Program-made: the position numbers and the translations under genes
Assembly: GCF_003704095.1 (NCBI RefSeq)
Contig: NW_020845457.1
Location: 62,001 to 126,000 of the forward strand
Reading direction: 5' to 3'
Length of the DNA stretch: 64,000 bases
Source of the DNA: Pocillopora damicornis
Lineage: Eukaryota
Notes under the pieces: model-generated
What the model was told of the DNA's origin: nothing
The model's database searches: none
The model's input: the letters and a program-made list of their open reading frames with translations, nothing else
Part shown: positions 21,301-32,704 of the stretch, piece by piece
How positions within the stretch are numbered: position 1 is the first letter of the stretch
Layout of the letters: the number at the start of each line of letters is the position of its first letter

Positions 21301-23291
21301 TGGCTGATAATGTAATATGTTTTGTTCAATATTAAACCTGTAAGTGTCATATTCCCTTTTTTCAGGACGTATTTGATCTTTCAACTCTGCTTAAAACTCT
21401 TTGTGAGGTGTTTTCTTTACAGTCACCAGTTTTTAAACGCATGTCAGATACAAGTACGTATGCAATAATGGTTAGCTCAAAGTGATTTTGTACTTATGTA
21501 GAGAGTAATTTTACATATCTTTTGATATCCTTTCTCGTCATGCTTTAAGTTATGTTTTTGATGAATGTAATTCTATTAATTGCGTCTGATTTTTTCCACA
21601 TACGTAACTTTACATTTATCTGTTCCTCTGGAACATGAGCCTACCAGACCACAGGATCTGTTGTGTCCTCCTAATTATCTCATGTTTTTCTGCGGTTATG
21701 ATTTTTAGAGGTCTCAAAGCAACAGCTCTTTGTCTACCAAAAAGAAAACAACAGTGACAAAACAAAATATGACAAAACCAAAAAAAACTAACTTGGCTCG
21801 TGGCCTTTTAGAACGCGCGCATTTCGGCTCCTGGTTAACAATACTTCACATTTTTACCTCCTGCCCAGTGACCCAGTCGCAACAAATTGGAAATTCACGG
21901 TCTAACTTGCTGGAGGTGAATTCCTCTATACCAAGAAGAGCACCTACAACAGAAGAAAATATTGTTTTACAAAGGCGGCTTATGACGGCAGAACAACAAC
22001 TGAGAGTGAAAAGTGAAGAACTAGGCCAGCAGCGGACACATTTCCTAGCACAGCTTCTAGAAAAAGAAGTGGAAATGTCAAGCGTGCAGAGACAGTTGAG
22101 GGAGATATCACAGCAGCTTGCAGACGTCCAAGGGCAGTTACAACAAAGAGATCAAGAAGCTAATAATTTGCAGAATCAAGTTACTGCCTTGGAGAGACAG
22201 CTGAGGATTAAAGATCAAGAAGTAAATGAACTGGAGATATCTCTTTCAACAACGCAGCAAGTTTTAAATGAAAATCCACGCCAACAGGCACCTGAATGGA
22301 TCATATCACGCGATCAAATTCAACTTACAGATAAGTGCCTTGGGAGGGGAGCCTGGGGAAGTGTTGTCGAAGGAAAGTATCGTGGATGTGTCGTAGCCGT
22401 CAAACAAATCCACGAGATGATTCTGTCCCCTCATAATCGGAGATTGTTCGAGCGAGAAATGAACATTGCCTCACGATGCCGCCATCCGTGTTTGCTGCAG
22501 TTCATTGGAGCAACAAACGACGAAGGAAGTCCTCTCTTTGTCTCAGAGCTCATGGAATCGAGTTTACGAGCATTGTTAGAGCAACAATCTCTTTCCAGTA
22601 CTGAAGTGTCTGTTATTTCTCTGGATGTAGCTCTAGCATTAAACTACCTTCATTTAAAAGAACCATCTCCCATAATTCACCGTGATATCAGCAGTGCCAA
22701 TGTGTTGCTATGGCGACAAGCTAACCGATGGCGAGGCAAACTGTCAGATTATGGAACTGCTAACTTTATGCAGCAGACTATGACAGTAGGTCCTGGTGCT
22801 ATGATTTACAGTGCACCTGAAGCCCACACTAAAAGTCAAACTGTGAAGGTATGTCTGGTATGTCTGTATATTTGGTATTGATATCAGTTTTAAAGTCGTC
22901 CACTAGCCTTTTTATTGGGACTCATGATGAGATTTTGATCAAATAAACATAAACTTTCCTGAGAGATATCCATTGGTTATAATTATGGAAAATACTTCGG
23001 TATACGAACGAAGCCTAGGATTAGCAGTTTCCAAGGCGCCCCGCCAAAGCAATATATTTTTTTACTCTTCTTGTCTTTATATTTTGTTTCAAGGTCGATG
23101 TGTATAGTTTCGGAGTTCTCCTTTGTGAGATTTGCATCCGGGAATTGCCAGATCCTGACAGGCGTGACCAGCAGGTCGCCATGGTGACAGATCGCACTCT
23201 TCGAGGTCTCATTCGTCGATGTATTTATCAAGATCCTGAGGCGCGACCCACTATGGAAGACATCATTGAAGAACTAGAACAGCTAGTCTAA
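18313..23291 (+). CDS. TSG101-type UEV domain - coiled coil - TKL-group protein kinase fusion, ~542 aa, 7 exons
   Basis: Exons 18313-18351, 18760-18844, 19856-19921, 20113-20285, 21366-21453, 21869-22848, 23094-23291 (all GT-AG, 1629 nt, open frame). UEV: VYNDGSEVELFNLKGTIPV...HVDTNGKVYHPYLHEW...SPVF. Kinase: GRGAWG, VAVK, HRDISSAN, DYG, APE, DVYSFG. Confidence 0.82.
18608..18645 (+). ncRNA. Degenerate minimal hammerhead-ribozyme motif (Penelope-like remnant) in intron 1
   Basis: CTGATGA-A-GACT...AGTC-AAAA-CGCC; the canonical form would be GAAA-CGTC, so two core substitutions. Confidence 0.45.
19386..19528. mobile_element. GC-rich MITE-like element in intron 2 of the UEV-kinase gene
   Basis: Inverted ends CAGTAGCAGATC / GATCTGCCATTG with internal G/C runs. 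Confidence 0.6.
20527..20834. mobile_element. hAT-like MITE in intron 4 of the UEV-kinase gene
   Basis: CAGGGTT...AAACCTG ends with repeated subterminal GTCCTGGAAA motifs. Confidence 0.5.
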
Positions 23292-23706
23292 GAAAGGTTT
23301 TTTACAGGATCTAATGTCTGACCTCTTATCATTCTTTTGAATTTGGGCCATTTCACGGAACGTGACAGAACTGTCACATTGCCATAACTGCTTCTCATTA
23401 TATTGTCACGTTTTAGACAGATCTATAAAATTTAATATCCATGGACAGAAAGAATCTTTTACTTTTTATAATTGCTTTTATTTTTGGTCAAATTTACTGT
23501 AACAGTTGTTCAATTTTATAAGCCAACGCTTGATAAAGTAAGAAAGAAGCTTCAGCGAGTCAAGGCTTAGTTGCCCGAGACTCTTTTTTTCAGCAATGCT
23601 GTAATTGTATATAAATAGGTTTATTGATTGGAATAAGTAGACTTGATATTGAAGTGATATTGGGACTGAAGAACCCCGGTTTAGAGTTACCGCAAAGGTT
23701 TTTAAG

Positions 23707-24142
23707 TACAGTTAAACCTGTGTTAAGCGGTCACCCACGAGGGTGGTTTGGTGACCGCTAAATACAAGTTGACCGCCTCATACAGGTTCCATAGAATAGG
23801 GTATTTTGCAAAAGAAAAGGAAAAACAAAACGTCATTTTATGCCTTAATTGACACAGAAGTTCGTTCAATAATTTTACCAACATTGATACCATGGGATAA
23901 ATATGGATTAAATTTTACGTGAAAGATTATTCCTATTGTTATTTAGTGTTTCCTTCTCAAGTTACCGTTCAGTACAGGTAGAAGAAAAAACAAACAGGCC
24001 GTTGGGACTAAGTAAAGGGTAACCACTTAATAGAGGTGAAAAATACAGTAGTTATGGGGAACAAATTTCAGGACATTGAGTACCGACCGCTAAATACAGG
24101 GGACCGTTTAATACGGTGCCGCTTAATACAACTTCAACTCTA
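23707..24142. mobile_element. Tc1/mariner-type MITE
   Basis: TACAGTTAAACCTGTGTTAAGCGG ... CCGCTTAATACAACTTCAACTCTA imperfect inverted ends, TA flanks, internal repeated GACCGCTAAATACA motifs. Confidence 0.6.
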
Positions 24143-25091
24143 TTTGATATACCCTGCATAGGACACTGTTATGCTATCTATATGTGTTGATACTGTAGTT
24201 TAGGTTGTTATAATATTAGAATAAAATTGTGACTGGATGGACCCGGTTGGGAGTCGCAATAAAGTATGTATGCATGTAAAAGCATCCTGCAAGTATAAGA
24301 CAATGTTGTTTATTATCTACTCTAGCTTTTATTTCTTTGCGGATAATTTCTTTTATGGTAGCAGTTTTTTTTTCTTCTTTCTTTTGGGTTTTTTACATTT
24401 TTTCCTCCATATTTTTAGACTATCAGTTTAGAAAATTTACGTTTTTTGAAAATGTACGAAAGCTCACTGGCTAGTGCTAGACTTGCGTTCTCACGTGGAT
24501 TGTAGCCAGCAATCGTAACCACTACCGAATGCCTAGAGAACCAAGGTAGAACTAGTTATATAAGTGAACGATTGTTTAATAAAGTGCTTTGCAACTCAAA
24601 TATTTATGGACGCAAATTATATAATTTCAACTTTGTAATATCCTCTCAAATCCCGTCACTCGGTGTATTCCCTGTAGTCGACTTTCTTTTGCTTAGCAAC
24701 TGTTTTATGAAAGACTTTTTCCATGGAGAGGTGGATTTGAGAAATATGTTTTAAGAAATATCATTCTTGCTGTTTGGAGATATGTTTAACCATCGTTAAA
24801 CCATACGCATTCGTAAAGGGGAAAAAAGTAGTTTATCATGCGTTACGATCGTCTGGATGAGAGTACATCTAAAAGAGACTTTTGTCGATTGTTGTCAAAT
24901 AGAGAATTTCTGAGCTAGAAAAGATCAGTTCGTTTGTCTCGCAAATCACATTCATCAAAGGTGATTGGCAAAGTGAACTGTCTTCCGTCCGGTTTGCCTA
25001 TTACAAAATGGTTGGAGTTTGAAACCTTAAATGCGTGAATGTCTGTGTATTAGTCCGAGCACTATCTTGCATCCCTTAAGCCGTGTTTCTT

Positions 25092-28000
25092 CTACACCTT
25101 TCGGATGGTGCGCCTCTTTGCCACAGCCATGATCTGTGTTATGAATCCATTGATAGTCATGGCCTTATCGTTTCCTGGTTTGTACACAGATACTTTACGT
25201 ATCCGAGGTTTATAGGGTGGGGGTGGGGCGCACTTAACATTAAAGGGCCAATCACACTCGCCCGTGTTGTAGTTATAGTGCAAACCTCTCGGACAGGTCT
25301 CCCTCTTCGTCTCTTCCAATGAACACGAGTAGAAACTTGAGCAGTCGTATGGGTCCGCGTAATTTCCGCTAGGTCTCTCTAGGCAGAACTCCTTGTCCAC
25401 TTTTAAAATAAAGAATAGAAAGAAACAGGTGCGTGTTAACGATGATTGCTTCGTTATGAGCTTGACTGCTTCATTTCAAGATAAAGTTTCAAGAATACGT
25501 CTTCTGAATATTAACAGATCATTGTATGACTGAGTGACACTCTCTAAGGCACCATCTATTTTTTCAGTTAAGGCTGATGTAGTTTGCGATTTTCATAATC
25601 TCGACTTCATAGTGGTTTTATTGTCAACGGTAATATACCGGTGCATTCAAAACGAATGCAGATATAAAGCGCTCACTCTACCTATTACTTCGTTGGTATT
25701 TGCGTCGGATTTTACGGCTGGTCTAACTGGTTTTACTGGTGTCAATGGCGTGTTTCCATTTCTGTCTGAAAAAGGATAGAAAGCAAAGAAAGAGTTTGAG
25801 AAGTGTCCATTAATATTTTTGGTCTTGTATCATATCAAGGATTCTGCGGGCTTATATTTATGAAACTGTCACGAACAGTTTGGAAGCTATTGGCTACTCG
25901 ATTTCCCGCCGATTATAAGTCTCATGTCCTTAGCCCCAGTCCCACAGCAACATAGCTGCAGAAAAGGATGGTTTTCATTCTCACTTTAAGATTAAAAAAT
26001 TTGGAAGAATTGTTCATTTTTGTGTTTCTAGATTTAATTAGTATGATGGAAGAATAAAAAAAATCGTGTTTCTTCGACTAAACTTTTGATATGCCTACCC
26101 GTCGCAAGATTGCTCATGCCCAGGCTTTCACCCGTGTCCATTCCTTGGCGGTGAGTTGGTTTGACTTCCGGTTCAGTAGATTCTGATTGCCCAACTTCAG
26201 TGCCTTCTGTCGTCCGGCATGGAAAGCTCTGTGGTGTGTCACATGACTTCAGTAAAGCATTGAACACCATTCCTTTCAAACAGTGTCTCTTTGTAGCTCT
26301 GCCATTCAGACATTGGTAAAATGATGTACAGTTGTTGGGGTCTTCGTAGAAGCCATCAAGTTTAGTAACACAGAAGGTTTCGTCCACTGGAAATTGAGGG
26401 CAGTCAAAAGTTTTCAATTTCAAAAAAGACAATCGTATGCTTATTCTCATCAAGAATGTTATATCATAGTTTCTTTCGATCAATAAGAGGATGAAGCTTC
26501 TATGCTTTTTTGGAATTCATGCACTTTTCTGGCAACCACCATGGCTTTTGTTCATTTAACGTTTTATCTTTTACAAAATTAAGGCTTTACGATTTTTACT
26601 TGTTCAAATCGGAAGATATCGTCGACCAGATTCCCTTCTGCGGTCATTTTTTGTTAAAAAATTCTAGGAACATCTTGCTCGCGGAGCGTGTGTTAATATC
26701 AAATAGTAAACCCGAACAACGTGTCTAAAGTAGATACATACCTCTTTTTAATAAATCCGGGGTCGGTTGATGTATGTTCAGTTCCATCTTGGGGGATATC
26801 GCTGAACTCGTAAATTTGTCAGCATTTAGAGGGCTGATGAGTGATCTTTGGCGACATGGAAAATTTGTCGGATTGTCACATGACTTTAGCATATCGTTAA
26901 ATACTTGGCCCCTATTACAACGTCGTCTGTAGGTAGTGCCTTTAAAGCACTGATAAAATGCTACACAATCCCTGGTATCTTGGTAGTAACCATCCAGTTT
27001 GTCTCTGCAAAATGCCTCATCACCTGTTAAACCCAAGAATGCAAAATGGACGTGAAGAGGAAAAAACTGCTTAAAACTCGATGGCTCTTGGTAAGACTTG
27101 ATCGCAAGGGATAGTTACTGCTCTTAACTATTGACTATTTTGATAAATATAATGATAACTTAATTTCGACTTACTGTATAAAATTTACATGAAAATCATT
27201 TATGTGAACTGCGGATTACAGTAATGAACACTACTTAAGCAGTAAGGAAAATAAGGCCTGAAAAAATTCAGGCCTGTACGGGATTTGAACCCATGCATGT
27301 ATGACCTCTGCGATGCCGGTGCAGCGGTGAGGTGGTCAGTATGTTGGTTTATAATAAGCCGTTAAGGGATAAACGAATGACTGTAAATACATAAAAATGG
27401 CATATGTGGATTGCGGATAAAGAAATGAATATGAAAGTGATCTTCGCAGTAACGGAACACTACTTAAGCAATAGTAAAAATAAGGCCTGAAAAAAATTCA
27501 GGCCAGTACGGCATTTAAACCCATAACCTCGACTGTCAGCTTAATCGATCTTGTGAGTTGTCTACCTGTCTCGTCGTCACTTTTTCCTGAGTTAGGACCT
27601 TGACCATAACATGTGATTGTACGTGGGTCACTTCCTGTTAAAAAAGGGAAACATAACATCTAGTGTGACATGACATGACATGCATCCCATAACCGGAGAT
27701 TTAATCAGATGATAGAATATGAACTGAGGTTGCATGGGCAAAAAGAGCAAAAATGCCAACAAAGATGATTGAAAATAAGTCGCCGTAGACCCTCTGACTC
27801 TGTTCGTAGCTGAAGATAAACTTAATGGACACAATTTCCCCTTTTCCTCTGAGACAACATGGCATTTTTCATTCAATTTCATATTCCGGAGTTAATAATA
27901 ATTCAGATTCTCACCTAAATTCTACCGATGTTTTAATCAAATCATAAAAGGTATATCCCTAGTTATAGCTCTTATTGGCTGATTCGTAACTTGTGACCCA

Positions 28001-30257
28001 CCTTTTATGAACCCTGAGAACTGCACAGAAGAAGTAAGATCAACGTTATTCTTCAGCTCTGTGATGGTCGACTCCACTTGCTCTCCGCTAACACTTGTCA
28101 AGCGTACTCGCAAGGGAAAATTTATTTTATTAGGTGATCCCACCAGGAAGAAATTATCATCTGTTCTCGGAAGGCAAATCCATCTCCCACTTTGAAAAAT
28201 CTCTAGTCCAACCGTCACTACCCTAGCAGAAAGTAAAAAAGCCTACTGAAGAGAATAGATTTGGTAGGAATATGCATTAGGTATTTACAAGTTTCAACTT
28301 GGACCTCAAACACTCATAAGAATGGTGAACATCACATGGAGAGATCTCTACAAAGTGATTTTGTAAGATATAAGAACAGTCCGTTACAGATTTGACTTCA
28401 GTAACGGTAATTATATGATGGATCGTCAAACTCATCAAAGGACCTAATCACAACAAGAACGAAATAATTTAATGAACTCCAGAATGACCAGTCGCAGATT
28501 GTAAACCCTACCAGTGAAAAGTATATATGAGCGGTGATCGTCTTTTAATTTTAATTTGGCACATATATCACAGATAAAACTTGCCTGGAATTTCGAGTTT
28601 GCAATTTCATGGCCCATGGGTTGCTCTCCACGAATCTGAACTTGATGTTTCCATTTATGCCGGAAACTGTTGGACAATCGATCGCTTTGAACTGAGTCTT
28701 CCACTGGTCAGAACCAGGGGTATACAAGTCGAACCCTGAGATAAATTGACGCGGTAGAGTGTAAATTTCGGCTTGAGAATAAGTAGATGTCATTTATTGA
28801 ATTATTGTTTTCGGGATAAAGTAACTCATTCATGCGAAATTTTAGTCGTTTAAAAGTATTTGAAGCAAGATTTCTCTCTCCCCTTTTATTTCCCCTTTAC
28901 AGAATACTTCTTTTTAACCATAGTTTCTGATCCCTATAAATATCTCATGACTGCGTGGAAATGCCTCAGGAACAACGCAAAGAAACGTGTATCATGAACC
29001 AGAAATAAGGAAGAAGAGAAATTGTTAATGTATGCCACAGCAAATGGCTCTCAAAACTGAAAACGGGTCTGTAGCATTGTCGGTTATCTAAGTACGTGAT
29101 AGTTCAATAAATTTTTTGAGTGAGATATCGCTATTCTTTCCTGTCGTCTTAATGCAGAAAAGTAATTGACACGCGATTACTTTTACCTTGTTTACAGTTT
29201 CCACAACGATCGATCACAAATGCGTATATTGGGCCTAAGATTGGTGTCTTTGGTATTCTTCCTTTTTCAGTAAGATCGGCAAGAATTCCTTGACCTGTAA
29301 TTTCCACGCACATTCCACAGCCAAGTGATTTTTGAAACTCTCCATCGCTTGCTGCGACCTTGATCCAACCCTTATGGCTGTAGTCTGATGTTAAGGGGTC
29401 TAACGAACACGCTCCACCTCCTTTGTAATAACCGTAGTAGGAGCTCTGTTTTGTGATAGATAGAAACAGTTACATCAACAGACGTAAACTACAAAAGACA
29501 AAACACACTTTACAGGCATTCATGTGATATGGATATTTTGTTCTTTTTATTTATTTTTATCCTATTTTAGCACTGTTTTGTGGCCGGATCCTTCGTGCAT
29601 CAAACTGACTGCCATGCAAGAAAAAAGACGCTGAATATCAAACAACACAGGAAATTTACACCAGCCTCCAAACGAAGCAATCTTGTCCAAGCGGAAAACA
29701 GGTCTTCACAGTTTGAGACAGAAAAAATGAAATTCATTTAACTTTTAAGACAATTTTTATTTTTCATTTAACACCGAAAAATGCCACTTACATTTCCGTC
29801 CATTAGTTGACCACTGTAATGACGCCACATTGCCATTAGATTTTGAAAGTCTGTCACAGCCTTTGCGTAGAATAACATAATTCACTTTTTTAAATATAAT
29901 TCTTCTTGGTTACTGACCCAAAAAAATACTATTATAGTCAATTATCTTTCGAGTCAAAATAAATTTTGTGATGATAGACTGTGATAGGCATAGACAGCTC
30001 TACCTAAGAAATAAACGACAGGCAGAAAGAAGGCACGAAAAAGTCTTACGGAGCAAGCAGACTGGATGATAAAACTATCAATTCGATACCACTTCATGGA
30101 AACAAGTGTTTCTTAAGAGATTCAAGGTATCTTTTCATGCAAATAAATAATTATGGTGTCGTACATTTGTAAAAACAAAATCACAAACCTCAGAAAACTC
30201 TATACACAGCCAAAGAATCAGTATCACTAAGCTTTTCCGCCTGGTTAGCAAATTCAT
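25092..30257 (-). CDS. Secreted expansin-like protein (DPBB + CBM63-like) with three chitin-binding type-2 domains (gene A), ~599 aa, 10 exons
   Basis: Exons 30257-30189, 29860-29792, 29445-29187, 28735-28585 (GC donor), 28222-28002, 27634-27566, 27023-26742, 26386-26099, 25765-25682, 25399-25092; total 1800 nt in frame. Signal peptide; SYYG..GGGACSLDP..VAAS..LGCGMCVEI..VIDRCGNCKQGFDL; SNPWAMKLQ..RTDDNFF..PLRVRLTS..VQF; three six-Cys peritrophin-A repeats. Confidence 0.85.
27190..27530 (-). repeat. Two partial tandem copies of a tRNA-derived SINE-like repeat (intron of gene A)
   Basis: Repeated ACACTACTTAAGCA..AAATAAGGCCTGAAAAAATTCAGGCC..TACGG.ATTT.AACCCAT; reverse strand contains B-box-like GGGTTCAAATCCC. 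Confidence 0.55.
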
Positions 30258-32704
30258 TGCTCTTAAAATCTCACTCAGAATTCTGCAGTAAGACATAAGA
30301 GCAAATAAGTGGATTGCGTACTTCTTAATGAAATACTTTGACCAACCCCGAAGAAAAACCATTCCGACAGTTGTGTTACTTCTGAATTCGTGGCGAGACT
30401 TGATTCATGTTATCAATTAAAATTGGTAATTGGTGCCGTAAGAGCGTACACTTTAAAACGACATCACCTGCTAGCCAGTCAAATAAGTCATGTGTTAAAC
30501 TTGAACAAATATTACCGCAGTAAAATGGACTGATACAGTTTTTCCCTTTACTTTTATGTACCTTATACTTTTATATGACCATATTCCGCGCCTTAACAAA
30601 GAATGAAAAGCTATTGAATTCGAAATGCCTCTTAAAATTCTTATGTACATGGATAAGATTCGCCAACAAACAAGTGGAAAGCTTGAAATGAATTAGTACT
30701 GATATTTTAAGCTGGTGGTTAAAAAAAAGGTTTTGGATGAGTATTTCTCGCCCGCAATATTCATCGTAGTTTTTAAACTATTCGAAATTGAATTGCTTTG
30801 CACTCTGATATGGTAATATAAGTTCCAATTTACACGTTTGTAAATATTACTTACCGTTTTCATTGTTGTCACTAACGAAAAGGAACAAAGAACAAACAAT
30901 AACACACAAAAGACATTACGAAACATTATTCTTGACCTTATTGGCAGGTCAGTTTAACGGGTAATTTCAGAGGTCAGTGGTATTTGTAGAGGCTTTTTCA
31001 CATCCATATATGGTCATATCACTTTCCATCTCAGTGGACACCATAGTTCATGATCAACTACGAACAATGTCGAATATCTTCAAAGTGCGCGGTTATTTCG
31101 AATACCAAGTATTTTGTGTTATTTTAAAGACGCTAAGGTATTACTTTTTGGAACAATGTACAGGAGTTTTCTTTCACTAACTGATTTTCTCTTTCTTGAT
31201 TGTATTCATCAGTTCATGGTGTCCATAGACATTTGCCTTGCGTTCAAAGAAACCAGTCTTAAAAGTATCGCTCGCGCAACGTGTTTTTTCATTCGTTTCT
31301 GTTTTGGTCTTGAACTAAATTAGAACTCAAAGACATTGTGAGGTGCTATTGATTTATTTCGAAAGACGTATTTTCTTTTGATCTGGGAGACTAGCTGTGG
31401 ATTCAAACCAGGTTTCAAAGGACAATAATATCAAATAGACCCAATTACAGAAATGAACTATGGGATTTCTTGGAATCATTGAAGAAAGCAAAAGAGTGTA
31501 CATGGTGGATTTCTGTCCACCGAAAAGGGGCTAGTTCCGTCAACTATCAAACTATCCTCTCAGTTATTAACTCCGTCAGTCAGTCAGTTGTTAAGTAGGT
31601 CGATAAGTCCCTCAATCACTTCCGTCAATCAGCAAAGAGATGATTTACGTGCGTACCTGATTTTTCTCAACGGCATCGATAGCTATTGATAATTGAATCA
31701 TATATAAAAAACAGTTCTTTAAAGCCCAATGGAAGTTAAAATCGTTTTAAAATAATCAGTGATTCGAGTTAACCGAATGACATCTTTGGATTTATGCAAA
31801 TACACTCATAAATAGTATCGTTGGAAACTTTCATTTGAATTGGCAACAAATCATGAGTTTATCAGCAGATGCAGGGCAATTTTCGATATTATTCTCAGCG
31901 TCATCTAGAACCGTTCCTCCAAATTGAAAAGGATTTATTTCTGGTAGAAACGAAAGAGCATCAGATCAACAAAATGTGCTAACTAGAAGAGTCAGGCTTC
32001 TCATTGGTAAGGCTCAAAGACAAACTCTTTTATTCCTTCCAGTTTTGATTACAAGTCGTCAGATGGCTTTCGAAAAACATAATTAAATCAGGAGTATTGC
32101 CACGTTTTATTTATTAATTTTTTTTTAAATTTAAATTTTTAATTTTCATTCAATTAGACTGGTCTAGTTTGTGCAAAAGAGTGTCCATGTTTCATATTTT
32201 TAAGCCTAAGAATAAGTCAATGTTACTTGGATTTTTGTTTTTGTGTGCTATCAAAGCCACATTTAAAGATATGTTTGAAAGCTAAGAAAGATTCCGAGGT
32301 CTTCTTCAGGTGACGATTCTTTTTATTCTCCTTTTGTTTTCCTTTTGTAGATATCTGATGACTAAGATAAACCCTTCCAAGAATGTCGGCTTGTAATCCA
32401 AGTGGATCAAATATCTATACACACTTAAATATCACAACTAAAAGGGGCAATCTGTTTTATTGGCGTTAGTTGTCTTCCATAGTTAAGCTAGAAATGTACA
32501 TTTACATTTTGGAAAATAAATGCAGACTTGTCTTGTTGTGTAGGGAAGGGGGCGGGAATGCAAACGGAGATGTTATTCATGAAGTAATTTTTCATTGAAT
32601 TGAAATTTCAATACGTTTTAAATTGAACATGTATTTTCTTAGGAAGGTCACTTTTCCATGAGACAAATATTGTGAAGAAGGAATCATCAACGAGAACGTC
32701 TCAA

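Noticed and set aside
18313-21453. Calling the locus TSG101
   Set aside because: No proline-rich region or steadiness box follows; the downstream exons encode a kinase.
21730-21868. N-terminal part of the 383-aa kinase ORF
   Set aside because: It has a non-ATG start and lies upstream of a good acceptor at 21868 that is in phase with the UEV exons, so it is probably intronic; an alternative start at the internal ATG cannot be excluded.
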